A stretch of DNA of 64,000 bases from Eledone cirrhosa (taxonomy: Eukaryota), in assembly GCA_964016885.1 (NCBI GenBank), contig OZ024744.1, forward strand, positions 125,116,001-125,180,000, given 5' to 3'. Position 1 is the first letter of the stretch, and every line of letters begins with the position of its first letter. The notes beneath the pieces are model-generated. The model did no database searches. It was not told the DNA's origin and saw only the letters and a program-made list of their open reading frames with translations. Position numbers and translations under genes: made by a program. This document shows, in pieces, positions 22,898-36,100 of this stretch.

Positions 22898-23128
22898 TAA
22901 GTTAAGTTGGGGCTAAGTTAAGTTGGGGCTAAGTTAAGTTGAGGTTAAGTTGAGTTGGGGTTAAGTTAAGTGGGGGTTAAGTTAAGCTGGGGTTAAGTTA
23001 AGTTGAGGTTAAGTTAAGTTGGGGTTAAGTCAAGTTGGGGTTAAGTTAAGTTGGGGTTAAGTTAGGTTGGGGTTAAGTTAGGTTGGGGTTAAGTTAAGTT
23101 GGGGTTAAGTTAGGTTGCGGTTAAGTTA
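22898..23128 (+). repeat. 16-bp G-rich telomere-like tandem repeat (TTAAGTTAAGTTGGGG)n, ~14 copies
   Basis: Directly visible, with TTAGG variants. Confidence 0.92.
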
Positions 23129-26100
23129 CATTCGCCGCCGGACTTCAGCTTCCTCATTTAGCATGGGCAGTTTTTCGTGAAAATCACACCACACACAGCA
23201 AATGTGTGTCCGCACATGTACCAGTAATTACAGATCGATTCCGGTGAAAATTCACTGAAAACGGGCCATCCGGCCCTGTGCGTCGATCGTGGGCCGGCCG
23301 GATGTTGACGGATCGATGTGTAATTAGAAGTACATGTGCGGACACTCATTGGCTGTGCGTGGTATGCATTTCAGCAAGATATCTCCGTAACATCAAGAGT
23401 TATGGCTGTGGAGGCACACCTAGTCAAACGTAAACAAGGTCTGGAGCGTTTACGCTTCGCGATTTTGTTTACGTTTGACTAGGTGTGCCTCCACAGCCAC
23501 AACTCTTGATGTTACGGAGATATCTTGCTGAAATGCATACCGCGCACAGCCAATGAGTGTCCGCACATGTACTTCTAATTACACATCGATCCGTCAACAT
23601 CCGGCCGGCCCACGATCGACGCACAGGGCCGGATGGCCCGTTTTCAGTGAATTTTCACCGGAATCGATCTGTAATTACTGGTACATGTGCGGAGACACAT
23701 TTGCTGTGTGTGGTGTGATTTTCAAGAAAAACTGCCCATGCTAAATGAGGAAGCTGAAGTCCGCCGGCGAATGGTGTGCTTCGAAGAAAACTAATTCGAA
23801 AATGACCGTTTGCAGGCGGAGTAACCTTTTCGATCGTGGGCCAGCCGCCCGTGGTGGGATCCATCTGTAATTACTGGTACATGTGCGGACATACATTTGC
23901 TGTGTGTGGTGTGATTTTCAAGAAGAACTGCCCATGCTAAATGAGGAAGCTGAAGTCCGCCGGCGAATGGTGTGCTTCGAAGAAAACTAATTCGAAAATG
24001 ACCGTTTGCAGGCGGGGTAACCTTTTCGATCGTGGGCCAGCCGCCCGTGGTGGGATCCATCTGTAATTACTGGTACATGTGCGGACACACATTTGCTGTG
24101 TGTGGTGTGATTTTCGAGAAAGACTGCCCATGCTAAATGAGGAAGCTGAAGTCCGCCGGCGAATGGTGTGCTTCGAAGAAAACTAATTCGAAAATGACTA
24201 TTTGCCGGCGGAATCACCTTTTCGGTCCTGGTCCGGCCGGATCTTGCCGGATCGATCGGAAATTTGTGGACCATGTTCGGAAGGCCATTGTGCATGTGTG
24301 GTGAAAAAAATTTGTGTCGAAATCTTCTCGGAAAATAACGGATCGCCGGCGGAGATTGCCATTTCGATCGTGGGCCGGCCGGATCTTGTCGGATCGATTC
24401 GGACATATGTGCATCGTGTTCGCAAGGCCCTTGTCTATGTGTGGTGTGATTTTCATAAAGAAATTCCGAAAAACCCAGTTTTAAATCTGATTTCGCCAAA
24501 GAATTTTGGCTATCAGATCGGGTTGAAAGGTATGGTTTCAGGTCGATCTGAAAGTCTAAAATGGAATTCACTCGGTTAGCTAACTTTTGATATATCGGAG
24601 ATATCTTTCTGAAAATCACACCACACACTCCCAATGAGTGTCTGCAAATGTACCAGTAATTACAGATGGATCCCACCACGGGCGGCCGGCCCACGATCGA
24701 AAAGGTTACTCCGAAGCACACCATTCGCCGGCGGAATTCATTTACCATGGGCAGTTTTTCTCGAAAATCACACCACACACAGCCAATGAGTGTCCGCACA
24801 TGTACCAGTAATTACAGATGGATCCCACCACGGGCGGCTGGCCCACGATCGAAAAGGTTACTCCGCCTGCAAACGGTCATTTCGAATTCGTTTTCTTCGA
24901 AGCACACGATTCGCCGGCGGACTTCAGCTGCCTCATTTAGCATGGGCAGTTTTTCTCGAAAATCACACCACACACAGCAAATGTGTGTCCGCACATGTAC
25001 CAGTAATTACAGATCGATTCCGGTGAAAATTCACTGAAAACGGGCCATTCGGCCCTGTGCGTCGATCGTGGGCCGGCCGGATGTTGACGGATCGATGTGT
25101 AATTAGAAGTACATGTGCGAACACTCATTGGCTGTGCGTGGTATGCATTTCAGCAAGATATCTCCGTAACATCAAGAGTTATGGCTGTGGAGGCACACCT
25201 AGTCAAACGTAAACAAGCTCTGGAGCGTATACGCTTCGCGATTTTGTTTACGTTTGACTAGGTGTGCCTCCACAGCCACAACTCTTGATGTTACGGAGAT
25301 ATCTTGCTGAAATGCATACCACGCACAGCCAATGAGTGTCCGCACATGTACTTCTAATTACACATCGATCCGTCAACATCCGGCCGGCCCACGATCGACG
25401 CACAGGGCCGGATGGCCCGTTTGCAGTGAATTTTCACCGGAATCGATCTGTAATTACTGGTACATGTGCGGACACACATTTGCTGTGTGTGGTGTGATTT
25501 TCACGAAAAACTGCCCATGCTAAATGAGGAAGCTGAAGTCCGCCGGCGAATGGTGTCCTTCGAAGAAAACTAATTCGAAAATGACCGTTTGCAGGCGGAG
25601 TAACCTTTTCGATCGTGGGCCAGCCGCCCGTGGTGGGATACATCTGTAATTACTGGTACATGTGCGGACACACATTTGCTGTGTGTGGTGTGATTTTCGA
25701 GAAAGACTGCCCATGCTAAATGAGGAAGCTGAAGTCCGCCGGCGAATGGTGTGCTTCGAAGAAAACTAATTCGAAAATGACTATTTGCCGGCGGAATCAC
25801 CTTTTCGGTCCTGGTCCGGCCGGATCTTGCCGGATCGATCGGAAATTTGTGGACCATGTTCGGAAGGCCATTGTGCATGTGTGGTGAAAAAAATTTGTGT
25901 CGAAATCTTCTCGGAAAATAACGGATCGCCGGCGGAGATTGCCATTTCGATCGTGGGCCGGCCGGATCTTGTCGGATCGATTCGGACATATGTGCATCGT
26001 GTTCGCAAGGCCCTTGTCTATGTGTGGTGTGATTTTCATAAAGAAATTCCGAAAAACCCAGTTTTAAATCTGATTTCGCCAAAGAATTTTGGCTATCAGA

Positions 26101-28545
26101 TCGGGTTGAAAGGTATGGTTTCAGGTCGATCTGAAAGTCTAAAATGGAATTCACTCGGTTAGCTAACTTTTGATATATCGGAGATATCTTTCTGAAAATC
26201 ACACCACACACTCCCAATGAGTGTCTGCACATGTACCAGTAATTACAGATGGATCCCACCACGGGCGGCCGGCCCACGATCGAAAAGGTTACTCCGAAGC
26301 ACACCATTCGCCGGCGGAATTCATTTACCATGGGCAGTTTTTCTCGAAAATCACACCACACACAGCCAATGAGTGTCCGCACATGTACCAGTAATTACAG
26401 ATGGATCCCACCACGGGCGGCTGGCCCACGATCGAAAAGGTTACTCCGCCTGCAAACGGTCATTTTCGAATTCGTTTTCTTCGAAGCACACGATTCGCCG
26501 GCGGACTTCAGCTGCCTCATTTAGCATGGGCAGTTTTTCTCGAAAATCACACCACACACAGCAAATGTGTGTCCGCACATGTACCAGTAATTACAGATCG
26601 ATTCCGGTGAAAATTCACTGAAAACGGGCCATTCGGCCCTGTGCGTCGATCGTGGGCCGGCCGGATGTTGACGGATCGATGTGTAATTAGAAGTACATGT
26701 GCGGACACTCATTGGCTGTGCGTGGTATGCATTTCAGCAAGATATCTCCGTAACATCAAGAGTTATGGCTGTGGAGGCACACCTAGTCAAACGTAAACAA
26801 GCTCTGGAGCGTATACGCTTCGCGATTTTGTTTACGTTTGACTAGGTGTGCCTCCACAGCCACAACTCTTGATGTTACGGAGATATCTTGCTGAAATGCA
26901 TACCACGCACAGCCAATGAGTGTCCGCACATGTACTTCTAATTACACATCGATCCGTCAACATCCGGCCGGCCCACGATCGACGCACAGGGCCGGATGGC
27001 CCGTTTGCAGTGAATTTTCACCGGAATCGATCTGTAATTACTGGTACATGTGCGGACACACATTTGCTGTGTGTGGTGTGATTTTCACGAAAAACTGCCC
27101 ATGCTAAATGAGGAAGCTGAAGTCCGCCGGCGAATGGTGTGCTTCGAAGAAAACTAATTCGAAAATGACCGTTTGCAGGCGGAGTAACCTTTTCGATCGT
27201 GGGCCAGCCGCCCGTGGTGGGATACATCTGTAATTACTGGTACATGTGCGGACACACATTTGCTGTGTGTGGTGTGATTTTCGAGAAAGACTGCCCATGC
27301 TAAATGAGGAAGCTGAAGTCCGCCGGCGAATGGTGTGCTTCGAAGAAAACTAATTCGAAAATGACTATTTGCCGGCGGAATCACCTTTTCGGTCCTGGTC
27401 CGGCCGGATCTTGCCGGATCGATCGGAAATTTGTGGACCATGTTCGGAAGGCCATTGTGCATGTGTGGTGAAAAAAATTTGTGTCGAAATCTTCTCGGAA
27501 AATAACGGATCGCCGGCGGAGATTGCCATTTCGATCGTGGGCCGGCCGGATCTTGTCGGATCGATTCGCACATATGTGCATCGTGTTCGCAAGGCCCTTG
27601 TCTATGTGTGGTGTGATTTTCATAAAGAAATTCCGAAAAACCCAGTTTTAAATCTGATTTCGCCAAAGAATTTTGGCTATCAGATCGGGTTGAAAGGTAT
27701 GGTTTCAGGTCGATCTGAAAGTCTAAAATGGAATTCACTCGGTTAACTAACTATTGATATATCGGAGATATCTTTCTGAAAATCACACCACACACTCCCA
27801 ATGAGTGTCTGCACATGTACCAGTAATTACAGATGGATCCCACCACGGGCGGCCGGCCCACGATCGAAAAGGTTACTCCGAAGCACACCATTCGCCGGCG
27901 GAATTCATTTAGCATGGGCAGTTTTTCTCGAAAATCACACCACACACAGCCAATGCGTGTCCGCACATGTACCAGTAATTACAGATGGATCCCACCACGG
28001 GCGGCTGGCCCACGATCGAAAAGGTTACTCCGCCTGCAAACGGTCATTTTCGAATTAGTTTTCTTCGAAGCACACCATTCGCCGGCGGACTTCAGCTTCC
28101 TCATTTAGCATGGGCAGTTTTTCTTGAAAATCACACCACACACAGCAAATGTGTGTCCGCACATGTACCAGTAATTACAGATCGATTCCGGTGAAAATTC
28201 ACTGAAAACGGGCCATTCGGCCCTGTGCGTCGATCGTGGGCCGGCCGGATGTTGACGGATCGATGTGTAATTAGAAGTACATGTGCGGACACTCATTGGC
28301 TGTGCGTGGTATGCATTTCACTAAGATATCTCCGTAACATCAAGAGTTATGGCTGTGGAGGCACACCTAGTCAAACGTAAACAAGGTCTGGAGCGTTTAC
28401 GCTTCGCGATTTTGTTTACGTTTGACTAGGTGTGCCTCCACAGCGACAACTCTTGATGTTACGGAGATATCTTGCTGAAATTCATACCACGCACAGCCAA
28501 TGAGTGTCCGCACATGTACCTGTAATTACACATCGATCCGACGAC
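23129..28545. repeat. Palindrome-rich higher-order array: ~1583-bp period built from 196-bp monomers in both orientations
   Basis: ORF pairs 24198/25781/27365 give the period, and 23864/24060 gives the 196-bp monomer. Inversion centres lie at ~23451, 25231, 26814 and 28398. Confidence 0.95.
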
Positions 28546-28624
28546 GGACAGAGTATTCGGTTTATTTTCTTGACATATTTCTTTACATATCGTCCAGGCA
28601 TGCACTTTTTCCATGATTAGTTCT

Positions 28625-28682
28625 GTTGACGGCCCGCTTTCCAAAATACCTTATCCTGTGCAACGCCGGGTACCACTGCTAG
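28625..28682 (+). mobile_element. Helitron 3' terminus capping the palindromic array
   Basis: ttatCCTGtgcaacgcCGGGtaccactgCTAG|T followed by (AT)n. About 55 bp match the reverse complement of 824-880. Confidence 0.8.
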
Positions 28683-28901
28683 TATATATATGTGTATGTA
28701 TATATATATATATATATTGGTAAACGGAATAGAAAATTGTGACAAATTGTTCACAGTGAAAAATAGTTTAATTAGGAATAAGTGATAATTAGTAATAGTA
28801 TTGGTTAGTATTAAGTTTTGGTTTTAAGTTTTACCGGTTGCGCATTTCTAATGCTTTTCAAAAATAATTTTGAGATAGAGCGTCCGTGATGTTTGCTCTG
28901 A

Positions 28902-28963
<62 letters not shown>

Positions 28964-29114
28964 AACAGTAGAAAGGAAAAAGATTTTTTCAGTAGAAATT
29001 GCTGAAGAGATTCTTTCAGTGTAATTTCAAAACATTAATTTATTTATAAAGTGGATATTTCCACATTTAATAATGGCACTGGGTTCAGCATTATATACAT
29101 TGTCAATTGTGGAT

Positions 29115-29440
29115 TCTACTTTTGGCACAAGGGCTGCAATTATCCAGTACATTACTGGTACTTTATTATTTATACAAATAATAATTGTTTCTACTTTTGG
29201 CACAAGGGCAGCAATTACCCAGTACATTACTGGTACTTTATTATTTATACAAATAATAATTGTTTCTACTTTAGGCACAAGGTCAGCAATTACCCAGTAC
29301 ATTACTGGTACTTTATTATTTATACAAATAATAATTGTTTCTACTTTAGGCACAAGGTCAGCAATTACCCCAGTACTTTATTTTATCGACCCCGTAAGGA
29401 TGAAAGAAAAGTTAACCTCAACGGGATTTGAACTCAGTCT
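29115..29440 (-). mobile_element. SINE with internal 75-bp tandem expansion (~3.5 copies)
   Basis: SINE core at 29370-29440 (minus). tctacttt.ggcacaagg..ccagtacattactggtactttatt repeats every 75 bp. Confidence 0.75.
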
Positions 29441-29528
29441 GTAAAGGGAGGTAACTGCTGGATTAATTTGGTTAATTAAGTTAACAGAAATTATGAACCG
29501 GTTTCTACAGAGCCTTCTGGACATTTAA

Positions 29529-29749
29529 CCCTTTAGCATTTAAACCAGCCATACCTAGCCAGAATACTCTCACATCTTTCTGTTCAAACCAGCCATAACT
29601 GGCCACTCATACTGACGTTAAGGTATTGTTCTCAATATAAATAATATCAAAATCTCATAGATTCGATATTATATGAGATAATTATGTAAGATAAAGCCTT
29701 TACCACAAAAATACAATAGTATATATAGAGTAATAAAAATGCTAAAGGG
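29529..29749. mobile_element. piggyBac-like MITE
   Basis: TTAA|CCCTTTAGCATTT ... AAATGCTAAAGGG|TAAA: 13-bp terminal inverted repeats, right TTAA imperfect. Confidence 0.75.
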
Positions 29750-30049
29750 TAAAAGTAGCTTATTATTTTGTGAGCTCTTGCTACTTATTGCTCTTGTGCA
29801 TCAAGAACATACACAGCTTACATTTTGTTGCTAATCTCACTGAGATCCAACTACATCTCTTGTTTATCCATAGTTTGGAATTTCTACCTACTCCTTTCCT
29901 TTAGAATGATCAAGGCCATTTTCTTGTGGGGATCTAGGCCCTGTTTTCCTTTCTATTTTGCCAAGTTATCTTACATCACTTTCATTCTAGACCATGCTTC
30001 CAGGTTTGGAATTTCTCCTCTAATTTTACCACAGATTAAGTGACAAGGG

Positions 30050-31735
30050 TTCAATCATGTGCATACAGGAGTTCCCATGGACAGCCAGTAATATGTAATA
30101 GCCTGCAGGATGATAATAAACAGAAGAGGGTTAATTACAGAGCCCTGATAGAGGGTTAATAACAGAGCCCTGATAGACTTGTTCACTCAACTCCTCACTA
30201 TAGCCATCATTACTTTTAACCTTACTGACTGCTCCTCCATACATGGCTTTTACTGCTCTCACAAGCCACTCATATACCCCTAGTTTTCTAAGTTATACAC
30301 CAGATTAGGGAAGGGGGAAGTCTCACAGAAGCTCTCTCTGGGTCAACAAATGCCAAGTAGAGGGGCTTATTTTAGCTAGGTACTACTCTTGCAGTTGCCA
30401 CACAAGGAAGAGGACATCAGTGGTACTTTTACCTGGCACAAATCCAAACTTCATCTCATCTAGGTTAACTTGGTCCCTAATCAGCTGTGTTATAAATCTA
30501 ACACCTTCATGAAGTGGTCCATCTAATATCTCTATAGTTTTCTAGCTCTAGTACATCTCCTTTGCCCTTGTAGCAGTTGATGATGATGATACTACACCAT
30601 TTATTTGGTATGACACCATTTTGTATTACATGCTGTACGATACCAGTGGTTAAGATGTGACCCACCATCCCAGATACTTTCAGTATCTCAGCAACTATCA
30701 CCAATGGACAAGATACTTTCTCTGTCTTCATATCCTTAATTACCTTACTGCTTACTTGTATGGCTGGACCCTCTGTTGGGCCCACTTTCCGTAGACTATC
30801 TTCCTCCCATGCATTCTCCTCATTCAGTAATCTTTCATAAAGGCATTTCCATGTTACAAAGGTTGGCTGAAAAGTTCATAGACTATCAATGATAGCATGA
30901 TGCTAGAGCTGTGAAATCTTGCCTGCATTAATTTCAACTCTTCTTATTAATAACTGCATTGTTTCCTTCCAGGGACTATGTTGAAAAATAAACCTCATTT
31001 GGTCATTCCATGAGTGTATCTTGGTCTGCCTATGAACTTTTCAGCTGACCCTATTCAGCATCAGTGAGCCCAAATGCCCCATTATCATCCTGGACACACT
31101 TTACCCCAACATCACAATTTGCCCTCACACACTGCCTCACAATCCTGAACATCTCATGTATTTCATCCTCACATCATAAAACCAACTGAAATTATATATT
31201 CTCTGCTTCCCTCCTTGCAAAGAATACTTCTTGCCTAGCTTCCTGTAGTGTACCCTCCAGCTGCCTCCATTCTGCCATTATTCCATGCCTGTCTCTTGGC
31301 CTTAACTGTCTCATCTACCCTAGTGTTTCACCACCAAGATACTCTCCTCTCTGAAGCCCTGCTCCAGCCACAGATCTAGTTTGACACCTTCAGCAAAGGT
31401 TCTTTAAGGAACTCCCACTGTTCCCCTATATTGTATGTTTCTATTTGTTCTTCCTTACTGTTGTAAAGATCAAACAAAATATCTCTAAATTTGGAACTGG
31501 CTGAGGGGTCCTTTAACTTCCATATCCTTCTCCTCCAAGTTGCCCTCAGTCTTCAAGTTCATCTAAGTCTATGAAATCACTAACTACTGGGTTATGTTGG
31601 GAGGTGCATTCTTCCCCAGGGGGTGGGGATTGTGTGTTTACAAATGTCAATATCTCATCTTCTGGTGTGGATAAAAATCTGACTGGCATGCTCCTCTGAC
31701 CAATAGGTGTTGAAGTGGTTGTCGGGTAAACGTTA
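30050..31735 (-). mobile_element. Degenerate RTE LINE (RT N-terminal half and linker)
   Basis: CYKGKGDVLELENYRDI, FGFVPGKSTTD-like, KPLYLAFVD and EWLVRAVKAMY-like segments with many disruptions. Confidence 0.8.
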
Positions 31736-31766
31736 AGACCCTCTGATATACATATATATATATATA

Positions 31767-32052
31767 CTAGCAGTGGTACCCGGCGTTGCACGGGATAACG
31801 TATTTCGGAACGCGGGCCGCCATCTTCCACTTCAGCCGGTCGCCCTAAAGTGTTGGCTATTCAGTCTACTTGAGGCCAGTTGGTGAGGGGGGGTAAAGCT
31901 TTCAGTGTGCTACTACCCTCACGGTCAAATAGAAAGGGAGAGGAAGAAAAGTCAGCGTTAATATCGTGCTACACGTTTGAAAGGTTGGATGACCTTAGAG
32001 TTCACCAGGGTGGGGGGTTCTAAAAGTATCTATCTTGGTATTTTATCTTAGA
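31767..32052 (-). mobile_element. Short non-autonomous Helitron (copy)
   Basis: Copy of 824-1109. Confidence 0.75.
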
Positions 32053-33113
32053 AGTAATCATTACAGAGTGTACTGGGTGTATTTTAGTGGGCAGTAATTC
32101 CATAAAGAACACAGTATAATCTGTGGACACAAGCCTTGCAGTGTGATTACAGGCAGGTTAATGGGAAAGATAGATTATATATGTGACATGATGTACATGA
32201 GAAGTGAGGACACAGACCACACATGAAATAGATTCCTACAACTGTCAGGGAGGCTCCCTAGAATTACAGATGACATATTTCAATATCTCGGTGATCAAGT
32301 TAGCAGTGGAGGAAGAATCTCTAAAAGTGTAATACCCAGGATAAGGACAGGCTGGAAGAAGTTTAGAGTACTGTTCCATCTGTTGACAACAAAGGGCTTC
32401 TCTCTCAGAATGGAGGCTAGACTGCTTGATACTTATGTGTGGTCTGCAATCTACACCCCAGCCATGCCCCTTCCACTACCACTCCTTAGCTATTTCTCTC
32501 CATTAATACTCCTCACATTTCAAGCAGTTTTCTCATCTCAATGAAAGAAAAATATTGGGCTCAAGAGAAGTCTTCAGTTATGCCATGGTGTGGCAACCTC
32601 CCTAGGGTTGGGCAGAGTGTAAATGAGAGTGAAATTAGGTATGAGAGGGATCAGATGCAGTATACAAGAGAGTAGATTACATTGGTATGGTCATGTGATG
32701 GGTATAAAGGATGACAGCTGTATAAAAATGTGCTGGGCAATCAAAGTTGATGGAAGTTATGAAGGCGGAAGACCTAGGATGACCTGGGATGAGGTGATAA
32801 AAGATGACTTTGCACAATTGCAACTCTCAAAGACAATGACACAGGATAGAGATCTTATTTATGTTTATTTACGTTTAGCGTAATCGATTTGTTTTCGATT
32901 TGTTTCCATATCACCACGCGTTTTATTTCATAGTCATAGTTATCAAGTTAGAAAACAAATGAAGTTCAGGGGGCCGACACTACCGACTTTCTTAAAGAAA
33001 AACAATTTAACGCGGGTAACTACAAGATAGGCATCAGTAGTAGTAGCTCCCTAAACTGTTTCCATCCCATTCTCACTCAGGCTACTGTACCTTCAGAACA
33101 CCCACCTCCACTG

Positions 33114-36100
33114 TTAATTTGGTTAATTAAGTTAACAGAAATTATGAACCGGTTTCTACAGAGCCTTCTGGACATTTAACCCTTTAGCATTTAAACCAGC
33201 CATACCTAGCCAGAATACTCTCACATCTTTCTGTTCAAACCAGCCATAACTGGCCACTCATACTGACGTTAAGGTATTGTTCTCAATATAAATAATATCA
33301 AAATCTCATAGATTCGATATTATATGAGATAATTATGTAAGATAAAGCCTTTACCACAAAAATACAATAGTATATATAGAGTAATAAAAATGCTAAAGGG
33401 TAAAAGTAGCTTATTATTTTGTGAGCTCTTGCTACTTATTGCTCTTGTGCATCAAGAACATACACAGCTTACATTTTGTTGCTAATCTCACTGAGATCCA
33501 ACTACATCTCTTGTTTATCCATAGTTTGGAATTTCTACCTACTCCTTTCCTTTAGAATGATCAAGGCCATTTTCTTGTGGGGATCTAGGCCCTGTTTTCC
33601 TTTCTATTTTGCCAAGTTATCTTACATCACTTTCATTCTAGACCATGCTTCCAGGTTTGGAATTTCTCCTCTAATTTTACCACAGATTAAGTGACAAGGG
33701 TTCAATCATGTGCATACAGGAGTTCCCATGGACAGCCAGTAATATGTAATAGCCTGCAGGATGATAATAAACAGAAGAGGGTTAATTACAGAGCCCTGAT
33801 AGAGGGTTAATAACAGAGCCCTGATAGACTTGTTCACTCAACTCCTCACTATAGCCATCATTACTTTTAACCTTACTGACTGCTCCTCCATACATGGCTT
33901 TTACTGCTCTCACAAGCCACTCATATACCCCTAGTTTTCTAAGTTATACACCAGATTAGGGAAGGGGGAAGTCTCACAGAAGCTCTCTCTGGGTCAACAA
34001 ATGCCAAGTAGAGGGGCTTATTTTAGCTAGGTACTACTCTTGCAGTTGCCACACAAGGAAGAGGACATCAGTGGTACTTTTACCTGGCACAAATCCAAAC
34101 TTCATCTCATCTAGGTTAACTTGGTCCCTAATCAGCTGTGTTATAAATCTAACACCTTCATGAAGTGGTCCATCTAATATCTCTATAGTTTTCTAGCTCT
34201 AGTACATCTCCTTTGCCCTTGTAGCAGTTGATGATGATGATACTACACCATTTATTTGGTATGACACCATTTTGTATTACATGCTGTACGATACCAGTGG
34301 TTAAGATGTGACCCACCATCCCAGATACTTTCAGTATCTCAGCAACTATCACCAATGGACAAGATACTTTCTCTGTCTTCATATCCTTAATTACCTTACT
34401 TCATATCCTTAATTACCTTACTGCTTACTTGTATGGCTGGACCCTCTGTTGGGCCCACTTTCCGTAGACTATCTTCCTCCCATGCATTCTCCTCATTCAG
34501 TAATCTTTCATAAAGGCATTTCCATGTTACAAAGGTTGGCTGAAAAGTTCATAGACTATCAATGATAGCATGATGCTAGAGCTGTGAAATCTTGCCTGCA
34601 TTAATTTCAACTCTTCTTATTAATAACTGCATTGTTTCCTTCCAGGGACTATGTTGAAAAATAAACCTCATTTGGTCATTCCATGAGTGTATCTTGGTCT
34701 GCCTATGAACTTTTCAGCTGACCCTATTCAGCATCAGTGAGCCCAAATGCCCCATTATCATCCTGGACACACTTTACCCCAACATCACAATTTGCCCTCA
34801 CACACTGCCTCACAATCCTGAACATCTCATGTATTTCATCCTCACATCATAAAACCAACTGAAATTATATATTCTCTGCTTCCCTCCTTGCAAAGAATAC
34901 TTCTTGCCTAGCTTCCTGTAGTGTACCCTCCAGCTGCCTCCATTCTGCCATTATTCCATGCCTGTCTCTTGGCCTTAACTGTCTCATCTACCCTAGTGTT
35001 TCACCACCAAGATACTCTCCTCTCTGAAGCCCTGCTCCAGCCACAGATCTAGTTTGACACCTTCAGCAAAGGTTCTTTAAGGAACTCCCACTGTTCCCCT
35101 ATATTGTATGTTTCTATTTGTTCTTCCTTACTGTTGTAAAGATCAAACAAAATATCTCTAAATTTGGAACTGGCTGAGGGGTCCTTTAACTTCCATATCC
35201 TTCTCCTCCAAGTTGCCCTCAGTCTTCAAGTTCATCTAAGTCTATGAAATCACTAACTACTGGGTTATGTTGGGAGGTGCATTCTTCCCCAGGGGGTGGG
35301 GATTGTGTGTTTACAAATGTCAATATCTCATCTTCTGGTGAGGATAAAAATCTGACTGGCATGCTCCTCTGACCAATAGGTGTTGAAGTGGTTGTCGGGT
35401 AAACGTTAAGACCCTCTGATATACATATATATATATATACTAGCAGTGGTACCCGGCGTTGCACGGGATAACGTATTTCGGAACGCGGGCCGCCATCTTC
35501 CACTTCAGCCGGTCGCCCTAAAGTGTTGGCTATTCAGTCTACTTGAGGCCAGTTGGTGAGGGGGGGTAAAGCTTTCAGTGTGCTACTACCCTCACGGTCA
35601 AATAGAAAGGGAGAGGAAGAAAAGTCAGCGTTAATATCGTGCTACACGTTTGAAAGGTTGGATGACCTTAGAGTTCACCAGGGTGGGGGGTTCTAAAAGT
35701 ATCTATCTTGGTATTTTATCTTAGAAGTAATCATTACAGAGTGTACTGGGTGTATTTTAGTGGGCAGTAATTCCATAAAGAACACAGTATAATCTGTGGA
35801 CACAAGCCTTGCAGTGTGATTACAGGCAGGTTAATGGGAAAGATAGATTATATATGTGACATGATGTACATGAGAAGTGAGGACACAGACCACACATGAA
35901 ATAGATTCCTACAACTGTCAGGGAGGCTCCCTAGAATTACAGATGACATATTTCAATATCTCGGTGATCAAGTTAGCAGTGGAGGAAGAATCTCTAAAAG
36001 TGTAATACCCAGGATAAGGACAGGCTGGAAGAAGTTTAGAGTACTGTTCCATCTGTTGACAACAAAGGGCTTCTCTCTCAGAATGGAGGCTAGACTGCTT

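Larger units (their letters stand above)
29463..32856 (+). repeat. ~3.4-kb segmental duplication, copy 1 (copy 2 is 33114-36529)
   Basis: Offset is 3651 (29825/33476) and then 3673 after a 22-bp duplication at ~34380-34420. Copies diverge after gatagagatctt. Confidence 0.95.

Noticed and set aside
23987-27966. 270-aa and related ORFs in the palindromic array
   Set aside because: They are repeat-derived, appear on both strands, are broken in the third copy, and show no Rep/helicase or other recognisable motif.
23421-28427. Parvovirus-like rolling-hairpin concatemer
   Set aside because: The spacer and the unique segment keep the same orientation in every period (no head-to-head alternation or flip/flop), and no viral ORF is present.
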